Assembly: GCA_023231475.1 (NCBI GenBank)
Contig: JALJEE010000149.1
Span: forward strand, 62,001-126,000
Direction of reading: 5' to 3'
Source: Seison nebaliae
Taxonomy: Eukaryota
DNA: 64,000 nucleotides
Below the pieces are notes generated by a model that was not told where the DNA came from, ran no database searches, and was given only the letters and a program-made list of their open reading frames with translations. A program made the translations under genes and the position numbers. Below, in pieces: positions 14,519-26,100 of this stretch. How positions within the stretch are numbered: the stretch's first letter is position 1; every line of letters starts with the position of its first letter.

Positions 14519-15304
14519 TTATTTAGAGAAGAGAATATGTGATAAAGTTCTTATTTTAGTTTGATCATCAATCGAAACTTTCGTATTTTGTAAATCGATC
14601 AAATCCAATTGAGTTGTATTGAGAATAAAATCATCAGTTAATGTTACTATCGGATTATTGGATAAGAGAATTCGATTAAGTGAATTAGGTAATTGAATAT
14701 CGAGCAACTCCTCGATATAATTGTTCGATACATCGAAATATGAGAGTTGACACAACTTATTCACATTGGGAATAGAAACAAACTGATTCATTGAAATGTC
14801 CAACCATTTTATTGAACTACACTGACACAAGGAGTCTGGAAGACTCTTCAATTGGTTCTCTGATAATATCAACTTTTCCAATTGATTGAACGAGTCGAAC
14901 AAATTCGGAATTTCATTCAACGAACATTTTCGAAGATGTAAAAATGTTAAGTTTTTCAATTGAAAGAAACTTTCGGTTAAAATCGTTATCGGATTATTGT
15001 TCAAACTTAAATAACTTAAATTTGTCGATAACTCACATTCATTCGAGAGTTGAATTGGAAAGGAGATCTCATTATCTTCCAAATATAACTCCCGTAATTG
15101 TTCAAATTTCTCCAACCATTCAGGAAATTGAATAATTTTGTTGTTTGTTAAACACAAAATTTCCAAACTGTTTCTTAACTTCAGAACGACTGTGGGAAGA
15201 ACATGAACATTACAATCTGTCAAGTTCAACGTGTCTGAATTAGATTTGATGGCGTTGTCTATTCGATTGTCGATAATAAAATTCTGTTCGTTGATATGGT
15301 TCAT
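14519..15304 (-). CDS. Leucine-rich repeat protein (about 9 LRRs, no other domain)
   Basis: Repeated LxxLxLxxNxL/I..P units. Confidence 0.9.
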   Translation of the reverse strand: MNHINEQNFIIDNRIDNAIKSNSDTLNLTDCNVHVLPTVVLKLRNSLEILCLTNNKIIQFPEWLEKFEQLRELYLEDNEISFPIQLSNECELSTNLSYLSLNNNPITILTESFFQLKNLTFLHLRKCSLNEIPNLFDSFNQLEKLILSENQLKSLPDSLCQCSSIKWLDISMNQFVSIPNVNKLCQLSYFDVSNNYIEELLDIQLPNSLNRILLSNNPIVTLTDDFILNTTQLDLIDLQNTKVSIDDQTKIRTLSHILFSK

Positions 15305-15685
15305 TCGAATCTTTTAAATCAATCCTCTTCTGCTAATGTACATAATTGACATAGCAACCAGACTCGATAACAAAACTGAGAAGCCTTTCAATTAATTTTG
15401 TTTCCAAACACATTTTTGTTGAAAAAAATTAAAAAAAAATCTAATGACTAAGAATGACGAGAAATTCTATGATTCGTCATTTGACGATTGAAACGAATTT
15501 TTTCCGTTTCAGTTTTCAATTTTCCTTCGTTCACTTTCCATGCAATTTTGTTGTATGTGTAGCTGTAAATCCAACTGAATTTTCGATTTTCTATTTCCGC
15601 ATTAATGTCACTATATATTGAGGCGAGTGAGAATTTATGCACACAATAAGAATTCATAGTTTATTTTAAGGTTTATTTGCATTTT

Positions 15686-15874
15686 AGTTACGGGAAGGAA
15701 TTAGCTTTAGAAAGGAAAGTATCCTCGGACCCTAGGAATGGCAAATTCAACTTAAATTTGACCTAATGGACATATGTGTCCTAAAAAAAAATAAAGGACT
15801 TGGGTGTTGATTTGCCATTTCCCTTATGGTTCAAGGGGACCTTTCCTTTTTAAAGTTAATTCCTTTCCGTGGTC
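15686..15874 (+). ncRNA. Long fold-back hairpin (about 185 nt), candidate structured RNA
   Basis: 15690-15719 pairs with 15841-15870 (27 Watson-Crick + 3 G-U, no mismatch); further stems 15722-15731/15828-15837 and 15735-15751/15806-15821. Confidence 0.6.
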
Positions 15875-16885
15875 CGATGGAACATGCTAGTGAAATTGGA
15901 AATGGGGAAGAAAATCGGATTATTCTTCACCCACTCTTTTTCACCTACCAAGTACCAAAAAGGGGACAATCAAATTATTATACTTAAGATCTACTCAGAT
16001 TGTATACCTAAGATATTCGGGATATATATATACATTATATTTGTATATAGTATATATAATGGACATACCTATGACGCTTATTATGGATACTTTAACAATA
16101 AACGTAGTGGGTCAATAAGTTGGGTCACACATCAATAACAATTATTATAACAATAATAACAATAATAAACAGTTATACTACGACCATAAGTAATTGTGGA
16201 TATACCGTCAAAACAACATGCTAATACGACGCATTTTCAGAAAGACAAATTCAGGAAAAAATTTACCTAATTAATATTAATTTAATTTTAATGTTATTTC
16301 ATTGATATTTCTCACAATAAAATTTTTTTTGTTAAATGTGTCTTCCGATTTTTCATAAAGATAATGTTGCTTACTAATGCTTATTCGTATATGATAGTCT
16401 TACTATGATAACTTATTCCATTTTATTTTTAATAATTCCAAATCATCTTAAATTGTTTGACAATCATCGATATCACCGATTAGTTTATCATAGTTTATCT
16501 TTATTCAATCTTTCGAAGCTTCCATTGAATAGGAGAGTCATCTTTCGAAGTCATCTGATTTAAAGAATTCACTAATACTTTCAAAAATGCACAAAATTCA
16601 AGCAATTTAAATTTCAATTAGCAATGGAAAAAATTTAAATAATTTTCAATATTTGTCTTCTGTTGGACAATTATAGATTAAATTGATAGTGCCTCTGCTG
16701 GGAGAACCATAAGACACAGGTTTTTTCCTGGGGATGTTTTGTTACAATGAATCATCAACTGAAAATGAGTAAGTATGACACGATCAGATTAAATAAATTA
16801 AAATTATTTTTGAAAATTTAGTTTAATAGAAATAAATTGGAAAAATAAATAAATCGAATTTCTATTATCGTTCCATCAACGAATA

Positions 16886-17386
16886 ATGTCGACAACACGT
16901 ATGGAGATTGAGATGCATCCGAATGAGAACTTATCAGAAGATCGTGTTCATTCATCTCAACGTTCGAAACAAACCAAAAAGATGAGATTGCGAGGTCGTG
17001 GACATCTGCAACGACGTTCGGAAAATGGATTGGGTGATGATGCTTCCTTCGATCGAATTTTAGCCCAACGGAAAGCAGATGAATTAATGGCGGAGAAAGA
17101 CACATCTCGACCACAAAGATCGATTGAAGGATGGATTTTGTTTGTGAAGAATTTGAATGAGGAGATGCAAGAAGATGCGATGTTGGAGATTTTCGGAGAT
17201 TATGGTGAGATAAAGAATATGAGATTGAATATCGATCGTCGTACTGGTTACATAAAAGGATATGCTCTCGTCGAATATGAAATGTACAAAGAGGCGAAAG
17301 AAGCCAAATTGAGTCTGAATGGAGAGACAGTTTTGGGAAAGAAGATTGAAGTAGATTGGGCATTCAAAAAGCCATTTGATGAATAA
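16886..17386 (+). CDS. RBM8A: Exon junction complex subunit Y14
   Basis: PQRSIEGWILFV...LNIDRRTGYIKGYALVEYE...VDWAF signature RRM. Confidence 0.97.
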   Translation: MSTTRMEIEMHPNENLSEDRVHSSQRSKQTKKMRLRGRGHLQRRSENGLGDDASFDRILAQRKADELMAEKDTSRPQRSIEGWILFVKNLNEEMQEDAMLEIFGDYGEIKNMRLNIDRRTGYIKGYALVEYEMYKEAKEAKLSLNGETVLGKKIEVDWAFKKPFDE

Positions 17387-17467
17387 ATTTTAAAATTTTA
17401 AAAAATGATTTTTGTAAAATTTTTTTTTTAAATTTCCGAAGAATTTTCTTTATAAATTTTTGATTTG

Positions 17468-17892
17468 ATGTCTATTGAAAAAGAAAATACGACGACGAAA
17501 GAAGACGATGAGGAAGAGGAAGATTTCGGAGATTTGTTTGAAATCAGGAAATGGAATTTAGTTGCCATGTGGAGTTGGAATGTGAAGACGGACATGTGTC
17601 TCATTTGTCGATTTCAATTGATGGGTTAAAAATTTCCGTTAATGATTTAATTCTAACGATGATTAACAATTGTAGAGATGTGTGCCAATTGTCAAACGGA
17701 ATTAAAAAATGATTCTTGTATTCGTTAAAATTGGCTTACATAAATTTATTTTTTTTAATATTTTATTATGTAGCTGTATGGGGTGATTGTGGTCATTCTT
17801 TCCACAATTGTTGTATGGCTCAATGGTTGAAGAATCATAAGAATTGTCCGATGTGTCAATCAATGTGGACGCCGATTCAATATGGATCATGA
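17468..17892 (+). CDS. RNF7: RING-box protein 2 (SAG/RBX2), 3 exons, 107 aa; not in ORF track
   Basis: Introns 17625-17675 and 17724-17773 give FEIRKWNLVAMWSWNVKTDMCLICRFQLMEMCANCQ...CIPVWGDCGHSFHNCCMAQWLKNHKNCPMCQ; AMWSW and SFHNCCM are RBX2-type rather than RBX1-type. Confidence 0.92.
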
Positions 17893-17911
17893 GAAAGAAA
17901 AATAAATTTTA

Positions 17912-19677
17912 TTAATAATATTGTCTCTTATAATCCTCATAATTAGCGTCAGATTCACCGAGGAAATCTCTTCTTTTTAATCGACGTCGCCAATTGAGAT
18001 GTCGATTCTTCAAGTATTCTTTCCCTAACCATTTTGTGGGATATATTTGATGAGTGATATCTCGGAATTGCCACATGATCCAAGCCATTTTCTTATCATA
18101 AATCACTGATTCATCATTCACATCATTATCTAACATTTTCTCCAATTTCATTGTTTCATAAAGATTTCGAATTAATTCTCTCCGTCTCACATTTCCATCA
18201 AGATGTGACGCGGATAATGTTGTTTCCTTATAACCAGGAGTATCAGGTAATTTCACAGGAAGATAAGGACGAAGTGAAATATTCTCATCAACAACATCTC
18301 CTTCATGACGATTATTGAGAATTGTCGATGAAATTTCATTTAAAACTGATCCATTTATTTCACCGTTTTCATTCCACAATTCCATCAATGGCGATACATG
18401 TGCCAAATTACATCGATTCAACGCCTCATCATCTTTCCACAATTGTAACGTATTTAATTGATAAGTGACAATCATCCATTCTTTCCCATTCGTCAGAATG
18501 ACGTTCGTCGTCAACGGATATGTCAAATCTTTCAAATAAGAAAAACCTGCAAAATTTTCAAAATTATCAAATTGAACTATAATGAAGAAAAGAATGAACC
18601 GAGATAATATGCTTCTGATACTAATTGATTGTAGGCAGCGAGAATACCTGTGCATTTTAAAACATCATCAATCTCTTCTTTTTTACAACCATCAAAACGG
18701 TTTCTCAATTCTTTCACATTATCAATAGAATAAATTGATAAAGAAGTGAAATCATTTAAATTTTTTGAATCATACCATCGTCCTGATACGATGACTGGTT
18801 GCATTCGTTTCATAAAAACTTGTTGTGTTTGAGGAAGGAAAGGAAAATTTTCTACTTTATCTTCTTTGTTTTCAAATGACCCAATTTTTGGTATTGATGG
18901 TTTATTTCTTTTGATTTGAACAAGTGCATTCGATTCATAACGGAATTCACATAATCTCTCATCTTCCATCATTTGACTATTCATTCGTTTTTCATATCCA
19001 CATCTCAACCACCAACTCTTCACCGGCGCATCGAAAATTATATCGGAATTTTCCAATTCATTCTTTTCGAGAAGAATTCGATGAATAGAAAGAAATTGAC
19101 GAACAAATTCTTTTGTTATCTCTTGATCATTCTCAATCTCTTTTTCTAATAAATATTCGGTGGGTCGATATAAATCATCAAATTTCTTTCTCATTTTTTT
19201 CTCATAAATATTTCTCTTACAATCCTGCACTAATTCCAGAGGAATCAAATCATTTTTTTCTTTCAATTTAATTTTTTCCACAATTTTCGTTTTCGTTATA
19301 TATTCATAGAATCGATTACTCCTCAATCGTTTAGGCATAAAAGGAATATCATAAAATTTAATCGCTTTTATATATTCCTTATTGAGACGATCAAATTTTG
19401 TGAAATAATTTGACCAAGTTAAAATGGCCAATCTTTCCTCCACCGTCGGTAAAGAATGGAAAATTTCTTCTAATTCCAAATATTTATATGATAATTCGGG
19501 AGAAATATCTCCCCAATTCTTTTGTTGAGCATATTCCGATTTGACTTCAGGATAAATTCTTTCCTTAACATATTTATCTTCCAATTGTAAATTTCCGTTC
19601 GACAGGAAATGTTGTGGCAAAGTTCTCTTTCGACAAACGGCTGACGTCGTAGAAATAGTTCTTTTAAAAATATTCAT
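17912..19677 (-). CDS. MRPS30: Mitochondrial ribosomal protein mL65/S30 (PDCD9 family), 2 exons
   Basis: Transit-peptide-like N-terminus, LPTVEERL, DLTYPLTTNVILTNG...YQLNTLQLW; intron 18599-18547. Confidence 0.85.
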
Positions 19678-19810
19678 TCTTTTTGAAATCTCTTACCGCT
19701 TAACAATTAGAAATAAATAAATTTTGTATTTTCAAAATATTTTCTCGTTCAATGAAAAATCGACGATAATTCTAAATGAAAAAATGACGAGCGATAATCG
19801 TCAGTGAGTT

Positions 19811-21466
19811 ATGGATGCCGATGAACTGTTCGAGGAAGAATGTGACGGGAATGAAGATGACGTTCTCGAGAACATGTATTATACGGCGAAAGAGACGAAG
19901 AATTCGAATTTGGAGAGAGCTATCATCGAATTTCAGGATGTGGTCGCCATCGAGAAAGATATGAAGGAGAACGGCGATTGGGGATTCCGAAGTATTAAAC
20001 AAATTATGAAGATTTATTATAAGCAAAAAGAATTCGATAAATTTTTGAAAATCTATCAAGATTTTCTTCATTTCGTCAAATCCGTCGTATCTCGTAATTA
20101 TGGTGAGCGATCGATAATGAATATTCTCGATTATATGCTCGTTGACAAGAACATCGAATTATTCCAATTGATTTGTAAGACAACCATAAACTTTTTGAAG
20201 AATGTAAATAATCAACGATTATGGTTCCGAATTCAAATAAAATTAGCGAAATTATATTTACAAAATATTCGATCAAGTTATCCTAAATTTATCCTCAATT
20301 TCGACTATTGTTTTTGTAGATGAATCCACCGATTATCAACCATTGAAGAATACTATTAATGAATTAACATCATTCATTGACTCATCCGAATGCTCCTCAC
20401 TCTATAAGAAGAGCACACAAAGTTTAGAGATCAATGCACTTCGAATTCAACTGGATAATATTGAAGGAAATACAAATAATTTGAAAGTTTTTTTTTCATA
20501 AAATATTTTTCTTTTGAGATTCTCTTAGAAAATTTTTGAGGAATCGATTCATATTAATTCAGCGTTTCCACATCCACAAGTCATGGCAGTGATCAGAGAA
20601 TGTGGTGGACGGATGTATCTGAAAGAAGAACAATATGGAGAGGCTCATGACAATTTCCTCGAGGCCTTCAAATGTTATGACGAATCGGGTTCATTTCAAC
20701 GAATGATCTGTCTCAAATATTTGATCATGACGAACATGTTGAAGAAGTCGAAAATGAATCCGTTCCATCTTCAGGAAGTGTCACCATATAAGAACGATAA
20801 GGAAATTATCGTTTATGGAAATTTATTAAAGTTTCTCATTTGATTGATGTGGAAATTATACGAATTTTATTTAGTTGTTACGAGAACAACGATCTAGAGA
20901 GTTTCCAATCGATTTTCGATGAAAATAGAAAGGAATTCGAATCATTGGAAGATCTTTCAAGAAATCATCTAAATGGTTTCTTTTTTTTTACTCTCGTTTC
21001 AACTGATTAATCGGATGAATTAGAAATAATTGAGAATATTCGGATTAATTTATTGTTGAAACAATTGAGACAGGTTGAGAAAGTGGAAATTGAAGAAATT
21101 TCTTCATTTCTTTTCATTTCCAAAGAAAAAACGATCAATTTGTTATTGAAATGTTTAAGTAAAAAGTTGAAAATTTCTATCATTTAATTTATATATATAT
21201 TTATATTATTTCACAGTCTATTTATAGGAAGTATTGATTATGTATCGAATGAATTATTCGTTGATAATGTACCAAAAGAAACGAATAGATTTCTGCAGAA
21301 TATTCCATCGAATTCCGATACACTCTTGGACATGAATGACGATTATTCGAAGATATTACGCATCGCTTCATCGAATAATGTGGACCGGTTGAAAGAACAA
21401 TTGTCCCTCTACAGTTACATGAACAACATTTACAAATTGGAAGAAAGAATGATGAGAAGTTTATGA
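19811..21466 (+). CDS. COPS2: COP9 signalosome subunit 2 (divergent), 6 exons
   Basis: LENMYYTAK, GDWGFRSIKQ, NQRLWF, PHPQVMAVIRECGGRM, FLEAFKCYDESGS; introns 20277-20319, 20487-20528, 20831-20874, 20975-21023, 21166-21216. Confidence 0.9.
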
Positions 21467-21573
21467 TAATGTCATTTTATTTTATACAAAATTTCAACAT
21501 ATGAAAATTGGAGGAAAACTCAATAATGTTTTGTTTAATTTGTTTGAATAAATCTCTATCGAACTCTTTTCTC

Positions 21574-22270
21574 TTATTGATACATTTGTAAATGTTCTCG
21601 AATCTTTTGATTTCGTTGTTTCTGCTTTCTAATGAGCATTCGTCGTCGTCGAACCCAAGACTAAAGAGAGAGAGAGAGAGAGAGAGAATAGAAATAAATA
21701 GATGAAAAATGAAGAAACTTCAATATCAGCATATAACGCTCCTACCGAATCTGCCATTAATTGCATTTGATGTTCATTCGGTCGTTTCATATATTTCTGG
21801 AATTGTTGTTCCAATTTCGAAAGTTGTTCCTCCGTCCAATTGGGAGTTGGGAGAATTGTTGCAAAATTCGTCTTGTAACTTCTCGACGAATTCGATTCCA
21901 TCATACAAGTGATGGAAGGAGTGCTCGGTCGAATAATGGGAGAAATGAGAGGACATGGTTGCATTGTCTCTTCATCCGTTTTTGTATTAGTGGAAGTATT
22001 GTAAAACTGATTTTCTTTATCATTCACGAACGAATTTTGTTTGACGAGCCAATCACTGAAATTGGGAACATATCGACAATGCGATACATTCCGAGCTGAA
22101 TTTGGCGTTCTTCCCGTTGAGAATCTCGGCGACGTTTGTGATATATAACGTTTTTGATGAGAATCGAAATATGGAATTTCCGGACTTTTTTCTGGCTGTT
22201 TTCCTAACCACAAAGCCAGACGACTACCTTGATTGGAATCGGTGAAAGTTGATGAAATCGAATCGAACAT
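21574..22270 (-). CDS. Divergent homeodomain protein (HOPX-like spacing), 2 exons
   Basis: Intron 21718-21661 (contains a GA/TC microsatellite) gives WTEEQLSKLEQQFQKYMKRPNEHQMQLMADSVGALYADIESWVRRRRMLIRK. Confidence 0.75.
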
Positions 22271-23187
22271 TTCTAAAATTAAATATGTTTTGAAATAATC
22301 TCCAAAAAATTTGATTTTCTTTTATACTGGAAGAATTGAGTGACGATAGTTCAGATGAAATATAATTGCCGATAACTGACTTGTACGAAAATCGTCACTT
22401 GATGGAAATGATTGAAGTAGTTTATTGATCGACGATTATTTATTCGTCAGAATATTCTTTAGATGAATAATAGAATGGAAGTTGAATATGAATTGTGAAA
22501 AACTCTAAAAATTGTTATCTTTATATATTGGAAAATTTAATTTTATTAATTAATTAATTAATTAATTGATATGAATATTGTCAGTTAATCGATCGATTTC
22601 TTCTTTTAATTAATTGAATTGAAATAGAAATTGATCAATTCGTAATCTCAAAATTCTTCCTCGTATCGAATGTTGACTGTTCAAAATGAATAAAATTGTT
22701 AAACTCTCTTTGCAAGAACAAATTGTTGGATTGAGATCAATTCTATACAAAACTGACAAGTCTAAAAGAAGTTTGAGAGAAAATTTATAAGAAAAATTAT
22801 TTGGGAGACAAGAAATGTTGCGAGTGTTCTCCTCATGTTGAGAAGTTTGTCTATAATGAGATTTCATGAGAAAGTCGATTCCACAGAGTCATTAACTATG
22901 GGAAAATGTGTCTGGGAATATTGTGGGAAATAAATCTCTCAAATTTCTTCAACAATTTAATAAAAACTACAAACCGATTAAAACGAACGGTACATCTATG
23001 AAAAAGAAAATTGTGCAGATGATGTGCATCTTCAAAAGTGACTTCAGGTCCTTTTACAAATCAAATGGAAGGAATAGTAAATCTAAGAATTTCCATCAAA
23101 AATTAATTATTTAAAACTTAAGTTTTATTTCGAAAAAAATTTTTTAAATTTTCAAATATTAAATTGAATGAAAAAGCATTAATCATC

Positions 23188-26100
23188 ATGGAGTTAATGA
23201 CGAACGATTATAACCCACCAATTTTCCAAGAGAACTTAAACGATATTTCTCACTTCTTTACCGATTTTGGAGATAATTTCGCTTTCGAACCATTTTTAAC
23301 GTTAGACCATTTTGTTTTATAAATTTAAAAAAATGGAAAGTTTTTTTTGGGAATTTTGAATTATTTGTGAAATTTAAAAAACTTTCTCAAAATTTAGTTG
23401 TACGAATTTGAATGAAGAAGAAGAAGAAGAGGAAATTGATGGTTTCCGTTCACTTCTACCCATCGAACAGACGTTTAATCGAACAATCGAATGTGATGCT
23501 GATAATCATATGATTATGAGAATTCATGAAAATGAAACAACAATTTCATTGAAAAATGAAAATTTGTTTTCGGAGACGACGAATTCGTTGAATCGTCAAG
23601 TGGATATCGATTCAAATCGAATTCATGGAAATATGAAAAATTTTCCATTTCTTCCATCATCCATCATACACTCTAACAGATCACAAGGACATTATGTCAA
23701 TAAATCTGATCCAACAATCATCGATGCCGGTTTTCATTAAATTTTTTTTGATTTTTTCAAAATTTCTAAAAATTATTTCATTTCCAGATAAATTTTTACA
23801 GGAAATCGAAACGGATTCTTTAGGAAGAGTCTCCGCTCCTCGAATCGGTGAATTGCCTTCATTGAGATCGTTCGATAAATTGAATTTGACAGATAATCGA
23901 GAAGATGATGATATGGAATTATTACGAAATCGATTCACTCATAATTTGATTGTGAATCATGAGGAGGATGAAGAGAAAAATGAATTTATTGAAGATCAAC
24001 ATCATTTTACTGAGACGGATCTATTATTAGCGAAAATACGGTTCATGTCGACGGAAGAACATATTTCATCCGTTTCCTTCATCATTATTCTCTTATAATT
24101 TACACTTTTTTTTTTTCTTCTTTTAGTTGTCGACATCGAAACGAAATAAAAATAATGAATTAGCTATCGATCTCGATATGAATCATGTGATTTCAGAAGA
24201 GGAATTTCATGAGAAAGTACCAAATTTAGCAATCCGACATGATTTCCCATTAGATAATTTTCAAAAATTTGCCATTATGCATTTGGAACGACATGATAAT
24301 GTTTTCATTGTAGCACATACATCAGCAGGAAAAACGGTCGTTGCAGAATATGCCATTGCATTGGCATTGAAACATCAGTCCAAATGTATTTATACGTCGC
24401 CAGTGAAAGCATTATCGAATCAGAAATATCGTGATTTCCGTCGAATTTTCGGTGACGAAAATATCGGTTTATTAACAGGTGATATTCAATTGAATCGAAA
24501 AGCGAATTGTTTTATCATGACAACAGAAATTTTAAAATCGATGTTATATAATGGAGCAGAAATCATTCGAGAATTGGAATGGGTCATCTTTGACGAAGTT
24601 CATTATATCAACGATTTCGAACGAGGTGTAGTTTGGGAAGAAACATTAATTATGTTACCTGATCATGTTTCCATCGTTTTATTATCAGCCACCGTTCCTA
24701 ATGCTAAACAATTGGCACATTGGATTGGGAAGAATAAAAAGAAGAAAATTTATGTTATTTACAATACTCATCGACCAGTTCCATTGGAACATAATTTATT
24801 TGTTGAAGGTGTAACAATGGAGGTGGGAGAGAAACCTGAAAAAAATCCAACTTTCCGTTTTTCTAATAATCAGCCACCTCTACATCAAGCGACGATGAAG
24901 AAGATTAGTGCTGATAAACAAATGCCAATTGTTCGATGTATTGTGGATCGACATGGAAAATTTAATGATCAAGCAGTCGGTTATTGTACGTCAATGTACA
25001 AGAAAGCAAAAAGAACCTCATCAGGATTGCATCGAAATGATCGACGACCAGAAAGAGTGATATTGGAACAATTAATTCGATATTGTAAAAAAGAGAATTT
25101 ATTATCTGTTGTTCTATTCACTTTCTCGCGAAAAATTTGTGATCGAAATGCTACAGAAATTTGTGGACATCTTTCAAAATCTTCTACTTTCCAATTAAAT
25201 ACAAAAGAAGAAGAGAAGAAAATCGAGAAATTCTTTAGTAATTCATTAGAAGTTCTTCGTTTGGATGATCGTCATTTGCCCCAAATCGATTGGATGAAAC
25301 GTCTCGTTTTATTCGGTATTGGTGTCCATCATTCTGGTATTCTTCCAATTTTACGTGAATGTGTCGAATTACTCGTTCAACAATCATTAGTGAAAGTTCT
25401 GTTTGCGACAGAAACATTCGCTATTGGTGTAAATATGCCGATGAGAACAGTGGTATTTACTGGCGTGGAGAAATTTGATGGAATTAATAAACGATCATTA
25501 AATTCTGGTGAATATACTCAAATGGCAGGACGTGCTGGTCGACGAGGATTAGATGAGAATGGAACTGTATTAATTATGTGTCGGACAGGTGTACCATCGT
25601 CATTGACATTAAGAACGATGATATTGGGAAAACCATTATTTCTTCAATCGAAATTCCGTTTAACTTATGGAATGCTTCTCCGTTTATTGAGAGTGAATGA
25701 TGTTCGTGTTGAAGATATGTTGAAACAAAGTTTTTATGAATTCTTCCAACAAGAGAAAGTTTTATCATGTGCGAGTTTATTGAAAACGGTAAAATCAATT
25801 GTTGATCGATTGACACTTTCTAATTTCCAATATCGATCATGTTCATTTTGTCAATCTGATGAATATTCGATGGCGAATTATTATCGTAATCTCTATCAAT
25901 ATATTTCATTGAGAAGTGAATATAATCAATATATGTTTTCCACTTCCAACATCCCATCATTTTATCAACGATTTCTCACACCAGGTCGAGTGGTCGTTCT
26001 GAAGGAATTTCAGGGACGATTAAACGTTCCCGCCGTCATTCTCCAAATTGATGGAAGGAGATTATCTGAGAGTTTCTATTACGGTACTGACAATCTACCA

